Assembly: GCA_029953675.1 (NCBI GenBank)
Contig: JAMWBK010000002.1
Span: forward strand, 124,001-188,000
Source of the DNA: Rhodosorus marinus CCMP1338
Lineage: Eukaryota; Plantae; Rhodophyta
Direction of reading: 5' to 3'
Length of the DNA: 64,000 nucleotides
This document shows positions 44,980 to 58,410 of this stretch, one piece after another. The translations under genes were made by a program, and so were the position numbers. Under the pieces are notes generated by a model. That model saw only the letters and a program-made list of their open reading frames with translations, was not told the DNA's origin and searched no databases. The stretch's first letter is position 1, and each line of letters begins with the position of its first letter.

Positions 44980-47900
44980 CGGAGGGATTCGAGGGTTTTT
45001 TTTGTTGGCTGAGTTGGGCGCGATTATTCGCGATCTTTCTGCGGCTGCTCATCGCCTTTCCCGGCGTCTCCGGGTCGTCCGCGAAGGGGTTGTTGGGTGG
45101 TTTTGGTCTGGGAAGGTGGTTCCGGTAGGGGATTGGTTCAAATTTGGTGTTGGTGTTTTGTGCGGCGACGTTTCGGTCATCGGCGGTGCTTGTGGGGTAC
45201 ACCTGAGCACACTCTTCCCAGGCGTCCCTCTGAATCTCCTCTTCAGATGGTTTCGTCAACTGCCTCTCCGCAGTCAGTGGAGCTACGACTCGGGAGATTC
45301 AGCACACTCGCCGAGCTGCCAGGTTGCACCAAGGCTACTGCGGAAGTCTTAGTTGTCCGAATTACTCGCGCTGTTGCTGCCGCTGCTGAAGCCAACCGCC
45401 TCGCAGAGCTGACTTCCACGCTCACTGCTTTGCCGATGCCCCGTGTCCCGGCGCGGCGACGGCGGTCGCGGATGTCCCACTTGCACGTGTCCCATCTGGG
45501 ACAAACGTTTTGAGACAGCTGTCCACGAGACAGCTGTATCGATCTCCTCTGGCAGACTCTTCTGTGTCTGGTCCCGTGCCCCCCCGTCGCCGCTACACCC
45601 CCCCGCGCGGCCTTCCTATTCCTAAGTCCTCCGTCGTGGGTCCGTTGAGGCCCGCGCGGAGGCCCTGGTACGTACATTCCCTGCTGAGCCTGCCGTTGAC
45701 TCTGTTCAACGCACCATATCTCCTCTGCGCTGGGTCTTGATGGCCAATAGGAGCGTGCGACCCCAGCGCTCCTCGCGCTCCGGGGCCCGCATTCCTGTCC
45801 GCGATTTTCATGACACGATGGCCTCGTGTCTCGGCGCGTCGCCCCGCGATTTTCTCTACGCTGATTTTTCGGGACCCGATGCTTGCTTCTTGGTGACAGA
45901 TACTGCGCATCAAATCCTCTCTACTTTGTTGAAAACGCCTCCTGCGCAGATACCTGTTTTAGCAAATAAGGTTTTGAAACGCGCCCGCGTTTCTTTAATG
46001 CTTGATTTTGAACGTTTCTCTTCGGAATCCCTCGCCCCTTCGGATATCCGTGGCGCTCGCGCAGAGGCATTCCGACCTTGGCGGTTTCGGCCCATCTTGA
46101 GCGGCTTTCACGGGTTCAGAACCCCAACCTGCTAGATCGGCTCCCAAACAGGAGCTTTCTTCATGCTGCTGTCCAAGATTTCCTGGCCTCGGAAACTTCG
46201 CTTTTGGAGAATCATCCTGACTTTGCTCAGGTGTTCTCAGCTGGGCGTCTTTCAAGCGGTGCGGAGCCTTGTGAACACGTGGGGGAGCCACCCGCTATGG
46301 ACTTAAAAAATGTCGATGCGGAGGTGGATCTGCTCGCCATTGAGCCGCATCCCTTCGCCCTTTGGCGTCCGGGGGAGGGTATCCGGCTCCTTAGGGGCCA
46401 TCTATGCCACTCTCTCCTCTTTGCGTGCGCCTCCGCTCAAGCGTCCCCTCTTGACGCCAGTTGCGGGGGGAAATCCTTCTGATTCCCTTGCGGATTCGCA
46501 TCCCGTAGAAGCTTCCTCCGTGGTGAGGGAGCAGGATGTCTGAGTCCTTTAGGGAACCTTGCGAGCTTCCTGCTTTCTCTCCGAGCCCAGGTAGCTTTGA
46601 GGACTGGCGTTCTCGCCTTTTCCCTTGGTTCGAAGGATTTGATGTGCGTTTCCCTTCTGGGGGTATCCCTCTTTGCCCTCGTTCGCCCCCAGGCTCTCTT
46701 CCTCATCGCTTGCGCAGGAGGGATTCTTTTCTTTTGGATTTCCTGCTTATGGAGGTGGCCGACCATCCTCAAGCAGAACTTGGTTGGAAGCTTTGTTTGT
46801 TTTTCCTCGGCTAGTGCTCACGGTCTCCCAGGGGCGCCATGCCTGTCCAATTAGACGCGAAGTTCAGTCTTTTCTCGCGGGGGACTCTGCTTTCTTAGAA
46901 TCTTTATACCTTGCTAGTGTCTCTTCTTCCTCTTACTGCGGAACTTCACCCTCTTCTCGTTCCCGTAGGCAGGTACTGGCAAAGGCAGCAGTAGCAGAGG
47001 GGGATATTCGGCGTGGGGCGGCCATCCTCCAGCAAGGTGCTACAGTCGAGCCTTATCGGACTGACCTGGCTGATCCAGTCGCCGCGTTGTTCCCTGTGCG
47101 CGACGTGAGTTGGAACTGTGAGTTCCAGCGTACATCCTTTTGTCGATCCCTCACCCGGTAGGGGTCGGTTGCTTGTCCGGCCTGATGAGGTTCTGGCTCT
47201 GCTTAGGTCCGCTCCGAAAGGTCGTGCACCTGGTCCCTCAGGACTCCGGGTCGAACTTTTTCACTGGTTGGGTGAGAGGGGCAGGACGCCCTTGCGCGGG
47301 TACTGGAGGGTCTTGTCAATTGGGAAGATTTTTGCGCAGAGGCATGGGCATTATATTCGCGCTCCCAACTGGTCCTCTTGCCCAAGCTGGACATTCAGAC
47401 CGGACACCTTCCCTTCGCCCAATCGGGATGTGCGAAGCATTGCGGAAGCTGGCAAGCCGTTTTCTATCGCGTCAGCTCACTAGGGAGGCCAGGTTTTTTT
47501 TTTGTGTTGACCCAGGTCGGTGTTGGCTATTCAGGTGGCTTTGTGAACTGGTGACGCGCATCCTGCAGTTGGACGGTCTCCGCGATGAGCCCTTGGGCAC
47601 GCTTTCGGTGGATTTCGCCAACGCGTTTACCAGTGTGTCGCCAGTTCACGCGCTGAGGTTCTTCGTCAGCTCTTCCCCGCTGGCTTCCAGTTCTTACGTC
47701 GCGTATATGGTGAAGCGCCAAACGGGCCCCGATTTGTCACCTTGGGTGCCGAGAGCCACACCTTTGCGGCTCATACGGGTGTGCAGCAGGGCGATCCCTT
47801 AGGGCCGTTCCTGCACACCTGTGGATTGCAACTGGCGCTGTTGCGGCTGAAACATCAGTTCCCGCGGGTCTGTGCAGTCGCCTTCCACGACGATGTGACG

Positions 47901-49686
47901 CTCCTTGGCACCCCTGACGATCTGATGCGGGCCTACGAATTTCTTGGCGAGGTGGCTTTCTTGGCGGGGTTGCGTATAACCCATGCCAAGTGCGATTTTC
48001 AGGGGGGTCTCCCTGCACCGCGGACGCGGTTCCATCCAGGTTTCGAGACATTTGGCGCTCCGAGGGCTTCATTCTGTTCGGTGTTTCCCGTAGGCACCCC
48101 GATATTTGTCGAGCGCACCCTCTCCGCGCTACTAAATCCCCACGATGAGCTCCTGACTGAGGTGTGCAGTCTCCCAGAAGGGTACCTCCAAACCGCTCTG
48201 CTCATCTTCCGGTTCAGCGCGTGTCAGAAGCTGATCTACTTTTTTTCGGCAGCTACCACCCGAGTGGGGGTCTTGGCTGGCGCTCCGCACAGACCAACGA
48301 GCGAGGGATGTGCTAGCATGCTGATGGATGCTGAGCTATCTGTTTTGGGGGACGCAGAAAAAGACGTCCTTCACCGGCAGATCGCGTTGCCCGTGCGGTT
48401 GGGCGGGCTGGCTGTGGGATCTTATGCGGCGAACCAGCCGGCGGCTGTGGTGAGTTCGTGGGCCAATGCGCTTAATACGTGGTCTGCGGAGCGTGATCCA
48501 CATGTGAGTGGTTTGTTGAGAAGGCTTCGGGTTTGGGGGGCTGGATGCGACTCTTGCCCCGCGGCTCGGGGTGGTTTTTGCGGAACTGGACAATGTACTG
48601 CCCTGCCGAGTGGTACTCAGGCTCGTGCGATTCCTGGGCGGCAGTTCTTGAATCCTTCGGCGGCCATCGTTCGGGGGTCTCTGCTGCAGCGCCGTGTGTT
48701 GGAAATGGTGTAGAAACTGCCGAGGATATTGAGGCCGTGGCTGTGCGGTCGAGACCGCCAGAGGAGGACGGTTCCCGGCCGGGTCCGGCCCCTTCGAGGA
48801 CCGATGTAATCCAAAAAACCCTTTCGTGGGACATACATCGGGACTCGTATGCCACCCTTCTGCGTTCACCTTCCTGCTCGGCGTCGACTTTGGCTCGCCT
48901 GCGCGGTTTGGGGGGGAGTCTCAGCTCCCGCTTCTTCACGGTCATACCTGCGTATCCGCGGTTGGCACTTACCGATCTCGAACTTCGTGTAAGCTTGCGA
49001 CTGTACCTGGGTTGCCGCAACCCTCTTGGCCTGTTGAACGGGATTCTCGATGTGGATTGTGCGGGGCCAGTGTGCCGTGGGGTGATTATGGTTGGCATTT
49101 GTTGGCGTCCTGTGCGGAGGTTCAAGGGTCCGGGCCCGTCAACCGCTTGCTTTTCCGCTACCTTCGTACTCAATCGCTCGGTACGGACCGAGAAGTGGAG
49201 TCTGAGGTCCCTGGCGGTGGCATCGGAAATTGCTGACGAAAGTGACGCCCCAGAGGTACAGGGGGTGGCGGATCTCGTTGTGTCCGACCTAAATGCGCGT
49301 CGCAGTGAGTACATTGACCTCTCCATCCCTTGTCATCAGGCGAACAGGTACCTGCCTGCGTCCGCTCGGCGTCGAGGGGCCGCAGCTCGGTCCATGTGGC
49401 ATGTGAAAGAATCGCAGTACGCGGCAGCGACGTCAAACCCTACTTTTCGCGATTCGGCGGTGACATACCGGTTCGTCCCCCTCATTATTGAATGCTTTGG
49501 ATTGATAGATAGTGTAGCTTCTCGCTGGCTGCGAAGTATCTTTCGCAACGACCTAGGGCGTCTAGATAGTCTGCTAACGGAGCTTTCTTTGACCCTGTGG
49601 CGCTCAAATGCTGCTTTATTTGTAGACGAGCGTCATCAGCGTCTTGTATCTCGCTTCTCAGGGTAGTTAGCCTCTGAATGAACGTG
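44980..49686 (+). mobile_element. Full-length but heavily frameshifted family A element (ORF1, RT, CCHC, RLE, 3' end)
   Basis: VELRLGRF..LPGC, RDFHDTMASCLG, RPIGMCE, DFANAF, GVQQGDPLGP, FHDD, VADLVVSD..IDLSIPC, FVPLIIECFG. The 3' tip is identical in form to 54996-55052 (-). Confidence 0.9.
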
Positions 49687-49811
49687 CAGGATGAATGCTT
49701 GTATGGTCAAACGATCCCCCGCATGGAGGGAGCTCCATGCTTTCTATCGAAAAACCCCACACTCTCACACCAATCCTCTTGACACTCAAAAGCTTGAGCT
49801 GGGCTCATAAC

Positions 49812-50270
49812 CTTTAATAGAGCTAGGTCTATGAGTGTTGTTCATCAACTGGTGATCCTGTTTATTCCGAACAAACCATACCTGATGGCTTCTAGGATCA
49901 CTATATATCCGCAATACAGGTCTCTGAGATCCTTGGACTTGGGGAAAACCTTCATGCATGTGCAAACGTGCAAAATCCTACCCAGGCTTGATCCCTAACA
50001 CTCTGGAAGCTGCAAACTACGAATATCTAGTGGCGACCACAGCGGCTCTGTATTAGAACCCTGTTCGTCACCAAGTCCGCCCGCCATAGAAACCCTCATC
50101 TAAATCCAGTCAATATAAAGATCTTGATTGGTAACTGGCATTTTCGATTGACCTCGGGGAGTCCCAGACCTGGACTTACGCCAGACCCTTCTGAAACTAG
50201 AAGGCATTCACGTGGAGCTTGAGGGGAGCATTCGATACATGCAGATCAGCCGTAATCTGCGGGTACCACA
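49812..50270 (+). mobile_element. Degenerate solo LTR (family 2)
   Basis: Internal blocks CTAGGTCTATGAGTG, GATGGCTTCTAGGATCACTATATA, AACCCTGTTCGTCACCAA and GCATTCGATA are shared with the other two copies; termini are eroded. Confidence 0.7.
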
Positions 50271-50759
50271 ACAAATAAAAAAAAAAAAATCCCACCTTGA
50301 GCGGGAGGACCGGTTTTGAATCGTTGGGCAATTCAATGATTGGCTAATACGCATTTTTACGGCAATATATTGGACAAAACGAAAAATATTAAATTGTATA
50401 AGCTAGTATTTTAAAGGATAAGGTATATTTATTCTTTAATTAGATTAATAAATACCAATAATAAGTATTGGACATTTTTAAGGGGTTATGAATGGTGAAA
50501 ATGATCCGGACACCTCTCCTATTGGTCATAAGGATGGACTATATTTTTCTTTCGTATTTCAATATACGGCAAGTGGTGGGAGTCGATATACTGTTTTGCA
50601 AACGGGAATGCAGACGGATGGCTAGAGTTTGACATGTTCTACTGCTAGATGTACGAGTTCGAAGAGTAGACTGTACATTCCGTTCGCACAGTCTATCAGA
50701 GCTACTAATGTACAGATCGCGAGGAGAAATGAATATGCCCTGCGTTGCAACTTCAGGAT

Positions 50760-51170
50760 GCCAGCGCGGAACAACGCCTGCAGTACGACGTGGTCACGGG
50801 CAAGTTGATCTGCAAGTATTGCGACTTACCGGTAAGCAACAAAGTTGAACGCGTCAAGAAGCACCTGCAGAAGTGCGATCGGTACAAGATCGCAGATGAT
50901 GCTCCCGCGGGCAGCAGGAGATCCGGTTCAACTCCAGAGTCCGGCCGTTGAAGCGTCGCTTCGAAAAGCGGGAAGCGCGAGGGAGCGGACATAATTGACT
51001 TTTGTTCGCCGACGATTAAGAAAGGAAAGCAAGCAGAAGAGCTCGACGCTCGCGAGGATTATGGAGGTACAAAACCTACAGTTTCGGCTGGTTGAAGACC
51101 CAGAGGTGCGAACGTAGGCATGAGAACTCGTAATCGGGCTAGTCGTGCCCAGCATTCTGTCCAACAGGCG
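50760..51170 (+). pseudogene. hAT transposase N-terminal relic (BED-like zinc finger)
   Basis: LICKYC..VERVKKHLQKC, then ARIMEVQNLQFRLVEDPEV..VVPS. Confidence 0.6.
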
Positions 51171-54100
51171 ATGAGCTTCACAGTGTTTTTTCCAGTTTCT
51201 TTAAGATCTTAGGATATCAGCTACCGAAAAGGAGAGATATTACGGAGCTGATCGAGCTCAAGTAGCTCTTCTATCCAGACCATGTGGATCCGTTGTCCTA
51301 GCCGAAATACTTCTGGGACCCTCAGGCTCAGGAAGGTAAGCGGAAGGGGAGGTGCTAAGGCATTTTAGAAGCTTCTATAGATGCTTCACCACCTCCGCAC
51401 AACTGCTTCCCCATCCTGTTAATCGGCCGTTTTCCAATCCTCCAAGCTTCCCTCACTGTTGTTCGGGGTCTGCGGCGCTCCCCTCAAAGCGCGATTCTGA
51501 AAATCAAAAACACACCCTTACCCCTGAAAAGAGGTGCATTTTCCCGTTACTCACTAAAAGTGCGGGATAGTCATTAAAATTTCATTGCCCAAGCACGAAA
51601 TGTGGAATCACGTACTGCGCACCTATACTCCCCGGCCTGGGGTGGGCAATTCATTTCCTGCACAACCATAAAATTATAGTGTAATATAACTTGTACTGGT
51701 GAATGTTTTTAATCGGGGGCTGAAAGAAAAAACCCCGAGGGGGAAAAAGAACTGAGCGCGGCGAAGATATCGTGCCTCCACCATCAAAACAGCGTTCATA
51801 CGCCACAGCAAGAAACTTAAACGGGTAAACAAAGAGGAAAGACGGTCAGGGCGTTCGGAACAATTCCCGAAGCCAATGAGAACCAACGGAATCTATAAAC
51901 CCAAAGAACTCAATGACCTACACTAACTATCAATCCAAAGCATTCAATAATGAGGGGGACAAACCGGTATGTCACCGCCGAATCGCGAAAAGTAGGGTTT
52001 GACATCGCTGCCGCGTACTGGGATGCTTTCACATGCCGCATGGACCGAGCTGTGGCTCCTCGCGCCGAGCGGACGCAGGCAGGTACCTGGTCGCCTGAGG
52101 ACAAGGGATGGAGAGGTCAATGTATTCACTGCGACGCGCATTTAGGTCGGACACAACGAGATCCGCCACCCCCTGTACAGCTGGGGCGTCACTTTCGTCA
52201 GCAATTTCCGATGCCACCGCCAGAGGGACCTCATACTCCACTTCTCGGTCCGTACCGAGCGATTGAGTACGAAGGTAGCGGAAAAGCAAGCGGTTGACGG
52301 GCCCGGGCCCTTGAACCTCCGCACAGGACGCCAACAAATGCCATCCATAATCACCCCACGGCACACTGGAACCGCACAATGCACATCGAGAATCCCGCTC
52401 AACAGGCCATGGGGGTTGCGGCAACCCCAGGTACAGTCGTAAGCTTACACGAAGTTCGAGATCGGTAAGTGCCAACCGCGGATACGCAGGTATGACCGTG
52501 AAGAAGCGGGAGCTGAGACTTCCCCTAAACCACGCAGGCGAGCCAAGGTCGACGCCGAGCAGCAAGATGAACTCAGAAGGGTGCCATACGAGTCCCGATG
52601 TACGTCCCTCGAAACGTGTATCCCCGGACCTGCTGCTCTTGAATGCACGCTGCTCCCAAGTAGAACGACTTCGTGTGATTGAATTCGAAATCGACGAGGG
52701 ATGCCTGTGTGTGGACACTCTCGGACGCCGCCGCGAGGGTATCTTCAGGCCCAATGAGGCAGACATCATCGCGGTAACCCACGGTGCGGACCTACGGGAA
52801 CTCTGAGCGCAGGCTATGCAAAACGACCTGGTGCCCACAGCCGTGCAAAAAAGGCGCGAAGGGGTCACCCTGTTGAACCCCGGTCCGCGCTTCAAAGGAG
52901 TGCGAGGAAGGGCCAAGGGTGTCGAAAGTCGGCCCTTGGCACATCAAAGAGTAAACACGACTAACAAAGGGAAAATCTACGGGGAAGACCTGATGCACAA
53001 CATGCATAATGGCCGGTCGAGAGAGACGATTAAGGGCATTCCTAAACTCAACGGATAATAACCTGTATCCGGCGAGTAGGCCAAATCCGAGCGAAGAAGT
53101 ACTGACAGCAAATGACATCCACCACAATAAACTCGGCGTGTCCAAAGAAACGCCGGGATTCGGGGACCAAAGCCCTGACCAGCCACCGTGCTGCCACTTT
53201 ATGGAGCACTTCCACGATGACAATAGGGCGAATGGCAGGAGTCGTAGCAGTGTGACCCGGGTTGGAGAGCAAACATAGCTGTGTCCGTCCCAGTAAAAAC
53301 CATACCCAATCACGAGAGGGATCGCCTTGAAGATTCCCTCCAACTGGGCGCTAACGCTTTCATACCGTCCTCACCCAAAAATCGGAGGTATTCCGCGCAA
53401 ACCCGAGGGCCCAGGAGAACGATTCTTGGGAGCAGTCTGGACCAGCTCACGCACCGCCTCTAAGGTGACCAACAGCCCCTCACCCTCATTGGACGCTGCT
53501 TGGAACAATCCATCACCGCGTCAAAAGACTGATCCAACCCTGAGCCTAGTTTCCGAACCCCAGAAAAAGCGAGCGTAGCGGAGAAGCAAGATCGTCAGAG
53601 TACTCGACGACAGCTTGCTGTTGCTGGAGGATACCGGCAGCCCTCTGGAGATCACCGCCAGCCACAGCGTGACGAACCATTGTTGGTGACTAGACCTGAA
53701 ATCTGAAGCGGGAAATGTAGAGAAGGAAGAGATGGAAGCAAAGCAGAGACGTTCGAGCTCTACAAAGTCACCGGAAAGGAAGAAATGCATCTCAGGCCGA
53801 GGGTGGATACGCTGGGAAGGCAAAGAACTCGGGAAAGTAGAAGAGGTGAGCACGAGGCAAGGAAAAACGAAAAGGAGATCCAAGCGAGAGAGCATTGAGG
53901 GTGATCTGAAGCTTTCTGCCATAAAAAATTGAACACCAACGCGAGAGGCTTGTGAAGACGACGAGGGAGCCCTGCGGCTGGGCTCTGACGGCACAAGGGA
54001 AAGGCACCACCGGTAGGGGGGCAACAAGGCCAGAAAACCACGAGAAAAGACGCTCGCGCCAGCTGGAGGGAGCACCGGCGAACAGGACGAACACAGGCGA

Positions 54101-54479
54101 CACACGGGCGGGAGAAGAGGAGTCATACATCAGGCCTCCCCTCAGTCGTTGAAACGTTCCGGGTATTCGGTGGGGCCACCTCGGAGGGTGACTCACGGGT
54201 GGCACGGCGCTTGCGTGGCCGACGAGTGAAGGAACTAAAAGACCTAAAGAAGGCAGACACAGGATTGTTACTTTGCTCATCATTGTCAGGAACGGAGTCT
54301 TCGCTGGGGGTGTCCAGAGCCAGCGTATTGGGGGAGCAGGAGGGGGCCGCCCGAAATGTCGGCATCAAGAACTGCAACTGTCCGGAGAGGAAGTCCTCTA
54401 AACGGCGAGCGAAGGACGCCACCGGGGGGGGAACGGGCAAAGAGGCTCAACTGGATACGTAGCCCCAGACTAACGTAAC

Positions 54480-54700
54480 CGTGTACACTCTACTGAAGAG
54501 CTCCCTATTGGAGCCCATTAAGAAGGAATAAGGATTCTATTAGTCAGCAAAGAAACCCCCTTATGGGTTGTGTGGCTACGTTCTAAGATAGGGACGATTT
54601 CATAGTCTGCTTCGTGGACACGACGAGCAAGGAGGGCGAGGATAGCGTTTCCTTCGCACAGAGTGCGGTTCGAGATCGCGTCGCGCTGCATGAGTTTACT
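54480..54700 (-). mobile_element. Family E 3' fragment inserted in family F ORF1
   Basis: Matches 780-986 and is followed by GTTACGTTAGTCTGGGG (reverse complement at 54463-54479). Confidence 0.85.
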
Positions 54701-54995
54701 GCGCAATGACAGGAGCTTGCGTGGCAGGGTGGCTCTACATCGCCGATGTTGGACCCAACCTGCGTCGAAGCGGTCAAACTCGACAACATAGATACGTGCG
54801 CACGATTCAGTATCATCTTCGGAAGCACAGAGCGCTGAGACTCAGGGGTGGCGACAATCGAGGTAAGGACTTGATGAACCGACCCTTTGACGAGGAAACA
54901 GGCATGAGGTCCAGTGAAATTCACATAGAGGAACTCAGATGGAGCGACCCCAAGTGAGGAGGCCACAGTCATCACGGAAATCACGGTGATGATCC

Positions 54996-55052
54996 GTTTA
55001 TTCAGAGGCTAACTACCCTGAGAAGCGAGAGACAAGATGCTGATGACGCGCG
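54996..55052 (-). mobile_element. 57-bp family A 3'-tip insertion
   Basis: Reverse complement of ~49630-49686 with few mismatches. Confidence 0.8.
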
Positions 55053-56769
55053 GTAGTGCACGGGGGCGCGACCCCGACCACGAGAAGGGGTCGCGGGGGG
55101 GGCACGTTCGTGATCCAGACGAGATGAAACGGAGAGAGCTGGCGAAGAGAAGTCGGAACTGGCCACGGGGGAAGGCATCATACGCACCATGGCCGTCGTG
55201 CGTTGTTCAGAGGAGCCCCGACGAAGGACCTGGGAATAGGAGGGCCGAGAGACACTCGCAGGAGCAGGATTAGGCCCCAAGGAAAGCCCAGGGGAGGGGG
55301 AGGGTTCGCCCGGCGACTAGGAGAGCCACGGCAGAATGAGGGATGGTCTGGGCGGAACGCTCCGGACGACTGAAGGCAGGGCGGTGTGCGGAGCTCCTCC
55401 CCGGCAGCAGCGGGGGAAGGACAAAGGCACCCGCGTTAGAAGGAAAGTTCTCCAGGCACGCCGTCAGCGTGGGCAGGCGGTTCTCCTGCAAGGCAACGAC
55501 GAGAAGGCTGGTCAGCTTCGAGACGAGTACGTGCGACGACACTTCGTCGGGGTTGCTGAGAGTGGCATGGGTGTTGAATGCGCCCGCTTAGCTCCACGAG
55601 CTGAGAAAGGGCAGCGCTACTACCAGAAGAGGTGGGGAAACCCCAGCCGTAAAATCACAAAAGAGTGTGACGAAGAGAAGTTTCACCACAAAAGCCCTCA
55701 AGAACGGGCGAATACCCAATACAAAGTACCCAGCTCCCCCCACCACAACCCCAACGGAAACAGAGAAAGCCCGCAGACAAACCACACCCACCCCCCAAAA
55801 ACGGGAGATGGACCACGGAAGGCAGCTGGTGTTTGCACCTTTACTGTTACTAGGAATCAGCCTTCCCGATTGGAGGCTTGTAAGCAGGAAGTAAAAGCAC
55901 CCCTAGTTCATTGCATTTCTAAAGTTCAGGTTCGAGAAGCGCCGGCCTTCAGGACTACGCGCGAGTGAATCCTCCAAAGACCTCCGTTTAGGGCCGCCAT
56001 CGCTCGGGGGATAGGGGAAGAACTCGGATCCAGATGCCGTGTGAGGGATCGGAGACGGGTCATTGCGGTCTCCGATCCCAGCCGTCTAAACGCTTCCAGA
56101 GCGATCCGCGGACTCTGGATACTTGCGGATCTTCCGATGAGCAGCGCTAGTGCCATTTTTTTATGTCTCCTGTTTTCTCAGCGCCGAAACGAGGAACACT
56201 TTTTTTTGGTCCTCCCATACAGTTGTTTCCTATGGGGAGAAATATACGGGAAAAGCGCTCGATCTTATCTCCTAAAATTCTCGCACATCGTATTTTTTCA
56301 ATGCTCTCCAACCAGGCAGGTCGTGCGTTTTGTCCAGAAGGTTCTTGGCTCACGTGCGAGCTAGTTGCTCGCAAATTCGACGGCAAATTTTCCCGAAGAC
56401 GTTTGAGGACATAGTAGCCACCCCAACGTTTTTCGAAGTTTTCCAAGCGAATTTCGGATAGAAGGTTTCGCTCTTCTCTTCAATCGCCAGGCTTCAACGG
56501 CAACTCCTTGCATCTAAAATCGCCGGAAGCAAGCATTGTGGGTTTTCCTCATATTCTCACAGCGGCAGCATTGGTTGGATGCGGTATTTCCAGGTCGCAT
56601 CGATCTCTGGGCTCTTGGGAGTCCTTTGTAGCGGTACGCAATGATGCCCTACGCGTGACTAAAAGCGTTATGAACCCAGCTCGGCGAACCGCGCGTGTGA
56701 TCCCCCCACTGCCGAGCCCAGCTCATCACCAAGAAAAGAGGCACCTTGGGTGGAAGTCCGCAGACAAAA

Positions 56770-56907
56770 AAAAAACGGATAGGGACTGGAGTATTATTAA
56801 AGATAAACAATAGTAATCCCAAATCCAACACAAGAAAGCGAGGTACCTTACCGAGCAAAAATCAGATGGGGACTGGAGTATTATTAAAGATAAACAATAG
56901 TAATCCC
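56770..56907. repeat. Local direct repeat (~45 bp, two copies ~90 bp apart)
   Basis: GGGACTGGAGTATTATTAAAGATAAACAATAGTAATCCC occurs twice. Confidence 0.9.
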
Positions 56908-58303
56908 GCTAGATGTACTTCAACTCGCCCTCAGTTGGGCGAGTTGCAAGGCTTTTTTCTTTTGAGATTGTGAGTCGGCAAAATAACACTGAAAAAAAGA
57001 AGAAAATTTTGCGCATGGAGCGAATATATTTGTTTTTCTTCAAAATTAGCCAGTCTCCATCAAACTTCCCCTCCTTGCTTCAACCAATACGTAAGCTGCG
57101 CTCTATGAGAGAAAATAACAGAAAAAGTTGTGACTTACGGCAAAACAAACACTACGGCTGGTTAAAAGTTACGCCTGGACACAAGAAATACGATTGAAAA
57201 TTGTCACTGACCGATAAATACCGTTGGCCTGATTGCAGAAAGGGAAGAACTTTTGTTTGGAATATGGGCAATGGGCTCTCCCCGAATAAAAATTGCAACT
57301 TGATTGAACCCACCCACAGAGCGAGTGAGAACGCTCAATGTTGGCTTTCTGTTGGCTTTCTGTTTGGTCAGAGGTGATTCACTCGTAGCTGGGAGAAGCG
57401 GAGAAGCCGCGACGAGGTCTTCAACGGTCATTCCAAGGAATTGTTTGGAACTCGTATATCAATTATTTTGACCGCAAAAGGGATTGAAGCAGGGCAAATT
57501 TATGAAACAATTAAAAAAACAACTCCCATGTTCAGGCTAATAATTTAAGATAAAGCAATAAATTGCGGCAGGGGGAGAGGAGACTCGGTTCCACCCTCAA
57601 GCTGGGAGAATTCTAAGCAAATTTGAGGTTGTGCGATGAAGGGAGATTCGATAGAGCTCGTTTCCACGCCTTGTAGTTGCATCTTCGTGTCCAAAGTTTC
57701 CTGTCAGTCTCATATGCTTCTGCTGAATAAGTCTCCATTTTTGGACTTAACTCTTGCCCGATGATTTCCATAAAATGGTCCGAATTTGATTAAATAAATT
57801 AGCGAAAATGGATCTAAGCGAATATTCTGGTTCGAAATTTTTTTTTTACCACGCCGATGTTTTTTACGTTATTTTTTCATACCGGGTTGGCTTGCCGGGG
57901 GGTAGGGTGTGGGTATATGATGGTTGGTTATTCGGTTGAATAATGTTTGTTTTCAAAAGGACCTCTCCTCCATCTCCAATTGAAGTGTTCCAATAGCGGG
58001 GGCTACCAGAACACTGGCCAAGACAGGTACTGCAATATCTGTCCCAACGAACGAACTACCCCCTAAGACCTTCGGATATTATTTCAAAAACAATCATAGG
58101 GTATCAGAAGAAGGATTCTGAATGAACGATTGTCGTTGATGTACGCAGTGAAAAAGCCGTTGGCTACACATATCTGTGAATTGTTTTGATTTTATTCTGA
58201 GGCAAGATCAAAGGGTTTACAACACCATTGCCGTTGCCACGCTCCTCCCGTGTGCTGGTGGTTGTCAAAACTAAAATCCCCGGGTCTCTCACTCGACTAA
58301 CCC

Positions 58304-58410
58304 CGGGTTTACTTCACTGTCTTTTCGGTTAGGGATGCGAAGACATGTTGGCGCACGGGTTTACTTCACTGTCTTTTCGGTTAGGGATGCGAAGACATGT
58401 TGGCGCACGG
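58304..58410. repeat. Perfect 52-bp tandem duplication
   Basis: CGGGTTTACTTCACTGTCTTTTCGGTTAGGGATGCGAAGACATGTTGGCGCA occurs twice. Confidence 0.95.

Larger units (their letters stand above)
51699..55800 (-). mobile_element. Mosaic CRE-like element: family F ORF1 + RT (55800-52570), family A C-terminal segment (52570-51915), family G 3' end (51915-51699)
   Basis: VNFTGPHACFLV, WRERLFSWFSG, RPIVIVE, EFRNALNRLSR, GVQQGDPFAP, YRDD. Then near-identity to 48830-49510, then a second IEFFGFIDSV..LWRMNA segment. Confidence 0.75.
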
